Source of the DNA: an uncultured Gemmatimonadales bacterium
Lineage (GTDB): Bacteria; Gemmatimonadota; Gemmatimonadetes; Gemmatimonadales; Gemmatimonadaceae
Direction of reading: 5' to 3'
Length of the DNA stretch: 64,000 nt
Assembly (NCBI GenBank): GCA_963701965.1
Contig: OY969695.1
Coordinates: 1,216,001-1,280,000 of the forward strand
Shown: piece after piece, positions 58,129 through 64,000 of the stretch
Layout: the number at the start of each line of letters is the position of its first letter
How positions within the stretch are numbered: the stretch's first letter is position 1
Notes under the pieces: generated by a model
What the model was told of the DNA's origin: nothing
The model's input: the letters and a program-made list of their open reading frames with translations, nothing else
The model's database searches: none
Translations under genes and position numbers: made by a program

Positions 58129-60510
58129 GTGCTACTCCTCACATTCGCCGCGGGCGCCATCTTGGCGCTGCGCCCCGACACGACGCCGGCGCCGATGGGC
58201 GGCGTTTACAACGGCCGCTCCGGACAACTGACGGTGCGCATCCCGCAGCTGGACGGGGCACCCATCATGGACGGCACGCTCAACGATCCCGTCTGGCAGC
58301 GGGCGGCCGTCCTCACGGGGTTCTCGGAATACACGCCGATGGACGGCCTGCCGGCCGAGGACTCGACCGAAGTGCTCGTGTGGTATTCGCACCGGGCAAT
58401 CTACTTCGGGATCCGGGCGTTCGAGCCGCATGGGAACGTGCACTACAAGCTGGCCGACCGCGACAAGATCGACGCCGACGACAACATCCAAGTCATCCTG
58501 AGTCCGTTCTTGCACGCCCGCCAAGCCCTGGTCTTCGCCGTCAACCCGCTTGGCGTTCAGGAAGACGGCACCATGACCGAGGGCGTGCGGGTCACCGGTC
58601 GGAGCTTCAACACCGGCAACACCCAAACCGGACGCCCATCGACGGACCTGAGCCCCGATTTCGTGTTCGAGTCCAAGGGACACCCCACGACGACGGGCTA
58701 CGAGGTCGTCATCCGGATTCCCTTCCGGAGCATCAAGTACCAGTCCCAGGATCCCCAGGATTGGGGCGTCAACATCATCCGCAAGGTCCAGCATTCCGGG
58801 CACGAGCAGAGCTGGGTGCCCGCCAAGATCGCGGCCGCGTCATTTCTCGCGCAGCTCGGCACCCTCAAGGGCCTGACGCAGCTGCAACGCGGCCTCGTAC
58901 TGGACCTCAATCCATTTGTCACCGAACGGGTGACCGGCGACAGCGCCAATCCCAAGCCCTGGCGCTACGGCACCGACCGGCCCGAGTTCGGCGCCAACGT
59001 GCGCATCGGCCTCACGAACAACCTGACCTTGAACGGCACCTACCGCCCCGACTTCGCCGAGGTGGAATCGGATGCCACGAAGCTGGTGCTCGACCCCCGC
59101 AACGCGATCAGCTATCCAGAAAAACGTCCGTTCTTCCTGGACGGCCTGGAGCAGTTCAGCACTCCGAACAATCTGATCTACACGCGCGCGATCGAGGCGC
59201 CGATCGCCGCCGGCAAACTGACCGGGAAGATCGGGGGCTTCACGGTAGCGTACCTGGGCGCCCAGGACGTCGAGGACTCCTCGGTCACGGGTGCCGGCCA
59301 CCCGATCTACAACGTCCTCCGCATGTGGCGCGACATCGGCTCGGCGTCCCAGATCGGCACGGCGATCACGGACAAGGAACAGGGCGGTGCCTACAGCCGC
59401 ATGGCCAGCGTAGACGGCCGGTTCACCTTCGCGAAGCTGTACACGCTGCAGCTGCAAGGCGGCACCAGTGAATCCCGCGACACCGTCGATGGGCGAACCA
59501 CGGCGGGACCGATCTTCTATGGCCGGTTCACGCGCGCCGGACGCAATTTCGGCTTGGACTACGTCGTCCGGCAGATCGATCCGCAGTTCGAGGCGGCCAG
59601 CGGATTCATCGCACGCGTGGGCCTCGGCACCGTGTCCATCGATCACCGGCTCACGCTGTACAACAAACCGGGCAGCTTCTTCGAGACGTTCGGCGGAGAC
59701 TTCCGCATCAGCGACACGTGGGCCGGCCGGACCCTGACCGACTTCGAAAAAGCCGAAGACCAGCGCTACCAGTTCAACTTGAACCTCGGCTTGCGGGGCG
59801 GATGGCAGGTGGGGGGCGCGCTCTACTTCGAGCACTACGGCTACGATCCGACGCTGTACTCGAACTATTTCCTAGGGAAGATCTCCGGAGTCGACACGAC
59901 CCTCATCCCGTTCTCCAACCGTCAGGAGGCGATCCCCAACACCGATCACGTCATCAACCTCGTCACCCCGCAGTTCGCGCACTTCTCGGCGAGCTTCGTA
60001 TACGTGTGGGGTCCGGACGAGAACTTCTTCGAGTGGGCGTCCGCCGACGTGGATCTACCGCAGATCGCCATCACATGGCAGCCCACCCAACAACTGCGGT
60101 TCAACGGGACGTACACCGCGCAGTTTTATCACCGCCACAGCGACGGCACGACGGTCGCGCGGACGACGATCCCGCGCCTCGACGCCGAGTTTCAGCTTTC
60201 GCGCGCCATCTTCGTGCGGTTCATCGGCCAGTACGACTCCGAGTTTCAGGATAGCCTGCGCGATGACTCGCGCACGAACCTCCCGATCTACATTCGGAGC
60301 GCCACGACGGGCATCATCAGCCGGGCGACGGCCGGGACGAGCAATCTGTTCACGGGCAGCCTGTTGTTCTCCTATCAGCCCGTGCCCGGCACGGTGGCGT
60401 TCCTCGGATACGGCAATGACGCGACCGAGCCGCTCTCCCTGCACTTCACGGGGCTGCGCCGGCAGGCCGACAGCTTCTTCGTGAAGTTCAGCTACTTATT
60501 TCGCGTGTAG
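58129..60510 (+). CDS. DUF5916 protein (CBM9-like domain plus outer-membrane barrel)
   Basis: DGTLNDPVW, FAVNPLGVQEDG, IPFRSIKY, PDFAEVESD, PEKRPFFL, FFVKFSYLFRV. Confidence 0.88.
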   Translation: MLLLTFAAGAILALRPDTTPAPMGGVYNGRSGQLTVRIPQLDGAPIMDGTLNDPVWQRAAVLTGFSEYTPMDGLPAEDSTEVLVWYSHRAIYFGIRAFEPHGNVHYKLADRDKIDADDNIQVILSPFLHARQALVFAVNPLGVQEDGTMTEGVRVTGRSFNTGNTQTGRPSTDLSPDFVFESKGHPTTTGYEVVIRIPFRSIKYQSQDPQDWGVNIIRKVQHSGHEQSWVPAKIAAASFLAQLGTLKGLTQLQRGLVLDLNPFVTERVTGDSANPKPWRYGTDRPEFGANVRIGLTNNLTLNGTYRPDFAEVESDATKLVLDPRNAISYPEKRPFFLDGLEQFSTPNNLIYTRAIEAPIAAGKLTGKIGGFTVAYLGAQDVEDSSVTGAGHPIYNVLRMWRDIGSASQIGTAITDKEQGGAYSRMASVDGRFTFAKLYTLQLQGGTSESRDTVDGRTTAGPIFYGRFTRAGRNFGLDYVVRQIDPQFEAASGFIARVGLGTVSIDHRLTLYNKPGSFFETFGGDFRISDTWAGRTLTDFEKAEDQRYQFNLNLGLRGGWQVGGALYFEHYGYDPTLYSNYFLGKISGVDTTLIPFSNRQEAIPNTDHVINLVTPQFAHFSASFVYVWGPDENFFEWASADVDLPQIAITWQPTQQLRFNGTYTAQFYHRHSDGTTVARTTIPRLDAEFQLSRAIFVRFIGQYDSEFQDSLRDDSRTNLPIYIRSATTGIISRATAGTSNLFTGSLLFSYQPVPGTVAFLGYGNDATEPLSLHFTGLRRQADSFFVKFSYLFRV

Positions 60511-62760
60511 CGCGAAGGCCAGCACCGCGGAGCCCGCCGACACGGCCACGTACTGCGTGCCGTTGACGGCATAGGTCATTGGCGAGGCCTTCCACACGGC
60601 GTTGGTGTGGAAGTGCCACAGCGGCGCACCCGTCGCCGCATCGACGGCGGCGAGCGCTCCACTGTCATCGCCGTAAAAGACGAGCCCTCCGGCGGTGCCG
60701 AGGACGCCGCCCCACGACTCGCCGTCGCCCACCTGCGGGATCTCCCAGACGATCTTTCCCGTCTGGACATTGATGGCCCGCAGCACTTTCTGGCGGACCT
60801 CGCCCGGAACGTGATTGGCGCCACCGCCGTAGAACGACTGGCCGCGCTGCCACCACGCCGACGATTTCGTGAAGACGCTGCAGGCCTCCAGGGCCATCAC
60901 GTAATAGAGGCCGGTCGTCGAGTCGAACGCCGTCGACATCCAGTTCGTCGCCCCCTCCAGTGACGGGCAGGCCTTCGTGCCCGGGACCGTCGGATCCGTT
61001 CCCGGGAGCACGAGAGGCCGGCCATCCGGTCCAATGGCGCTGGCCCACGTGAGCTTGTGCACGAACGGACGGCTCAGGAGGACCTTGCCCGTGATGCGGT
61101 CCAACACGTAAAAGAACCCGTTACGATTCGCCTGCACGAGGAGCTTGCGCGGCTGCCCCTGAAACACCGTGTTGATGAGCGCGGGAGTCTGCGTAGCGTC
61201 CCAGTCGTGCAGGTTGTGCGGCGTGAACTGGTAGTACCACGCCAGCTTCCCGGTGTGCGGCTCGAGCGCCAGCACGGAGCTCGAATAAAGATTGTCGCCC
61301 TGGCGTTCGTCGCCGTTGTAGTCCGGGCACGGATTGCCCGTCGGCCAGTACACGAGATTCGTCGACGGGTCGTACGTACCGGTGAGCCAGGCCGCCCCGC
61401 ACCCATGCTCCAAGGCGCGGCCGCGCCACGTGCTGGCGAGCGGCTCGCCGGGTTTGGGGATCGTCCAGAAGCGCCACACGCGGCGGCCAGTGCGGGTGTC
61501 GTACGCCGAGATGAATCCCCGGTCGCCTTCATCGCCGCCGGACGTACCGGAGAGTACGAGACTGTCGATGACCAGCGGGGCGCCGGTGGCGCCGTAGTGC
61601 TGATGGTAGTCGGCCATGGCGACGTCCCACAGCGGCGCGCCGGTGGTACGCGAGAGTGCCACCAAGTGCGCATGGTCCGTCACCATGAACACGCGATCGC
61701 CGCGGACCGCCACGCCACGATTGATGGCGCCGGCGGCGTCGCCAATGACGCCCTTGGTCAACGGGCGGGCGTAGTGCCAGATCGCGCGGCCCGTCGCCGC
61801 ATCCAGCGCATAGGCCTCGTTCGCGGTGGTCACGAACATCATGCCGCCGACGACGATGGGCGTGCCTTCGAGATGGCGGGCCTTGGGAAACGGGAACATC
61901 CAGGCCGGGGCCAGCGTGTGGACGTTGCTCGTGTCGATGGCGCGGAGGGGACTATACCGGTTGCCGCTCGGGTTGCCGTTGTACGTTGGCCAGTCGCCAA
62001 TGGCTGGCGTCTCCGGGCGCTCGGGCGGATCGTGTTGGGGCGTCGCGTGCGCGGTGAGGCGGCTCAGATACGCGACGAGGTCCCGCACGGTGTCGCCTCC
62101 GGCGACGACGGGCGGCATGAGCGACACCGAGTCGTGCGATTCGTGCGCGATCTCCGCCCGCGACAAGAAATGCAGCGTGCCGGTCAGGTCCAACAACTGG
62201 AGATCAAAATTGCTCTCGTTCTTGGCGACGCCGCGCACGGCGCGGCCGTCGCGGAGTTGCACCGTGACGGGCGCGTAGCCGGTGCGTGGGACGGGATGGC
62301 GTAGGGCCTCGGCGATCCGTTCCACCCGGCGTTGGTGACCGAGGTTCGAGAGATCGGGGCCCAGCACGCCGCCTTGGCCATCGACCATGTGGCACGTCGT
62401 GCAGCGGCCGGCGCCGAAGAAGTACTGTTGGCCGGCCGACACATCGCCGGCCGGCGGATGGGCGGCGGCGGTGGCGCGTAGCGACGTGAGATACGCGACC
62501 AAGGCGTCCAGATCCGGCTTGGGCAACGTGAACGACGGCATCCCGGCGTCGGTGATCCCGTGTGTGATGATCTGGGCCAGCGGCGCCGAGAAGAGCGTGT
62601 CGTCCCCGGCGTCCACGAGGTTGGGGCCAATCTCGCCTCCCGTGGCGTCGAGGCCGTGGCAGCCGGCGCAGCGCGCGGCGAACTGGGTCTTGCCGGCCTC
62701 GATCTGCTGGGCCTGCGCCGTCGCGGCGCACGCCAGCAGCACCGCGACCCAACCTTTCAT
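60496..62760 (-). CDS. PQQ-dependent dehydrogenase with two N-terminal cytochrome c domains
   Basis: Signal peptide; CAGCH and CTTCH; DWPTYNG, RYSPL..I, TGNPCPD, GDNLY, HDWDA, NRNGFFYVLDR, ASPMTY. Confidence 0.88.
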   Translation of the reverse strand: MKGWVAVLLACAATAQAQQIEAGKTQFAARCAGCHGLDATGGEIGPNLVDAGDDTLFSAPLAQIITHGITDAGMPSFTLPKPDLDALVAYLTSLRATAAAHPPAGDVSAGQQYFFGAGRCTTCHMVDGQGGVLGPDLSNLGHQRRVERIAEALRHPVPRTGYAPVTVQLRDGRAVRGVAKNESNFDLQLLDLTGTLHFLSRAEIAHESHDSVSLMPPVVAGGDTVRDLVAYLSRLTAHATPQHDPPERPETPAIGDWPTYNGNPSGNRYSPLRAIDTSNVHTLAPAWMFPFPKARHLEGTPIVVGGMMFVTTANEAYALDAATGRAIWHYARPLTKGVIGDAAGAINRGVAVRGDRVFMVTDHAHLVALSRTTGAPLWDVAMADYHQHYGATGAPLVIDSLVLSGTSGGDEGDRGFISAYDTRTGRRVWRFWTIPKPGEPLASTWRGRALEHGCGAAWLTGTYDPSTNLVYWPTGNPCPDYNGDERQGDNLYSSSVLALEPHTGKLAWYYQFTPHNLHDWDATQTPALINTVFQGQPRKLLVQANRNGFFYVLDRITGKVLLSRPFVHKLTWASAIGPDGRPLVLPGTDPTVPGTKACPSLEGATNWMSTAFDSTTGLYYVMALEACSVFTKSSAWWQRGQSFYGGGANHVPGEVRQKVLRAINVQTGKIVWEIPQVGDGESWGGVLGTAGGLVFYGDDSGALAAVDAATGAPLWHFHTNAVWKASPMTYAVNGTQYVAVSAGSAVLAFALHAK

Positions 62761-64000
62761 CGCGTGAAGACCAGCGTGCCGAAATGCTCGGGAACATGAT
62801 TCGGATCGCGGTCCGGCCCCGCGCACGTCGGCTGCCAGCACATGAACCGGCGCTGCGGATCGGCCCCCACCCCCTCGATCCGATAGAGATTCATCCGCCA
62901 GCGCGTGCCGGCGGCCACGTGGCCGCCGTCGATGGCGCGGAGCGGAATGCGCGCGGCCGCGTACCACACGTGCGCTTGGCGATCAATGCGGGCCATCGTG
63001 TGCCATCCCGACCGCCACGCCGGCGTCTTGCCGGACGTGTCTGGGTGATCGAGGTCGATCGCCAGGTCGATCCAGTCGGCCGTGGGCGCGATCTCGAACT
63101 CCCGATAATGGCGGATGTTCTTCCAGTCGGAGCCCAAGAAGAGCTCGACGACGTCCCGGTCCCAGAGCTTCATCCGCGGCTGGCCGTTGTCGGCTGGGAG
63201 CCAGAGATTGAGCGCATCATAGGGCGCGTCGAACAGCACGTAGAGATCCGTGTCGCTCCAGAAGGCCCGCACGTCCGTGGCCAACCGCGGATAGTCGACG
63301 GCGTGTGAGCAATCGCGCACGATTGTGGTCCGGCCGGCGGCCGACCACGTGGGCGACGCAGGATCGAGCGACAACGCCCCCGGGTGCGACACATGCGGAA
63401 TCGAGAGCGTGGCGGTGGGACCGGCGACCGCGCAGGCGGGATAGGGATTGATGCCGTGCGTGGCCGTGCGGAGCTTGTAGACCGACGTCGTCGCCGTGAT
63501 ATAGAGCGTGCCGTAGTCGGCATCGCCCCACGTCAGGTTCGCCGGCTGCTCGGGCATGGCGATCGTGCCCAGGTGATGCCCCTCGGGATCCCAGACCCAG
63601 ATGCCGAGTGGGCCGGTGACGAAGATGTTGCCGTGCACGTCGACGCGCATGCCGTCCGGTACGCCGTTCGCCTTGGGACCGGGCTCCGTAACGAAGATGC
63701 GCCCATTGGCGATGGCGCCGTTCGCGAAATCGTAGACGCGGATGTTCTGCTGATCGCTGTCGTCAATGTAGAGCTTCGTGCCATCGGGCGAGAACGCGAG
63801 GCCGTTGGGTTGCGTCAGCTCCTTCGTCAAGAGGGTCACGTGCCCCGCGTGATCCAGGCGATAGACCCCTTGAAACGGGATCTCTTGCGCCTGGCCTTTC
63901 GGCAAATCCAGCGTGGGGTCCGTGAAGTACAAGGCGCTGTCCGGCCCGATCACAATGTCGTTCGGGCTGTTGAACCGCTTGCCCTCGTACCGGTCGGCGA
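62757..64000 (-). CDS. SMP-30/gluconolactonase fused to a CBM9-like domain (5' end outside the window)
   Basis: GKRFNSPND, YFTDP, QPNGLAFSPD, PDGMRVD; C-terminal WSDTDLYV.F, DVVELFL, EFEIAP, WRMNLYRI. Confidence 0.88.
   Translation of the reverse strand, partial: ADRYEGKRFNSPNDIVIGPDSALYFTDPTLDLPKGQAQEIPFQGVYRLDHAGHVTLLTKELTQPNGLAFSPDGTKLYIDDSDQQNIRVYDFANGAIANGRIFVTEPGPKANGVPDGMRVDVHGNIFVTGPLGIWVWDPEGHHLGTIAMPEQPANLTWGDADYGTLYITATTSVYKLRTATHGINPYPACAVAGPTATLSIPHVSHPGALSLDPASPTWSAAGRTTIVRDCSHAVDYPRLATDVRAFWSDTDLYVLFDAPYDALNLWLPADNGQPRMKLWDRDVVELFLGSDWKNIRHYREFEIAPTADWIDLAIDLDHPDTSGKTPAWRSGWHTMARIDRQAHVWYAAARIPLRAIDGGHVAAGTRWRMNLYRIEGVGADPQRRFMCWQPTCAGPDRDPNHVPEHFGTLVFTR

Overview
This is a GC-rich bacterial chromosome segment. 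The gene style (BIG2 lipoproteins, Hanks kinases, DUF5916, DinB) suggests Gemmatimonadota, which is an inference. From left to right it contains: tRNA-Trp, tRNA-His, efp and a tesA/ybbA/ybbP-like module; a ~12 kb envelope signalling cluster (Ig-metallopeptidase-like lipoprotein, TPR membrane protein, membrane FHA protein, Ser/Thr kinase with RCC1 propeller, ~1000 aa Ig-repeat lipoprotein, secreted TPR protein); housekeeping genes; and a divergent Cro/CI-like HTH pair. Next is a ~15.2 kb integrase-less genomic island inserted in tRNA-Ile(GAU), bounded by an exact 50 bp direct repeat (27763-27812 and 42990-43039). The island carries toxin-antitoxin and defence-like cargo: DUF433/PIN, a large RX4H HEPN-like protein, a 2TM plus Cas2/VapD-like pair, an MNT, and an HTH-M78 peptidase plus PIN. 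IS256, an IS30/IS3 hybrid and IS21 each disrupt one cargo gene that can be reconstructed. The right part holds an M28 peptidase, LVIVD/DUF305 genes, ndh, an AbrB-VapC cassette between duplicated dinB 3' ends, lepB, a metallophosphoesterase, a CHASE3 kinase, DUF5916 and a lactonase-CBM9/diheme PQQ-dehydrogenase operon. Many frameshifts sit in homopolymers and are repaired by adding one base, which points to sequencing or assembly errors. All family assignments come from motif recognition by eye, not from database searches.
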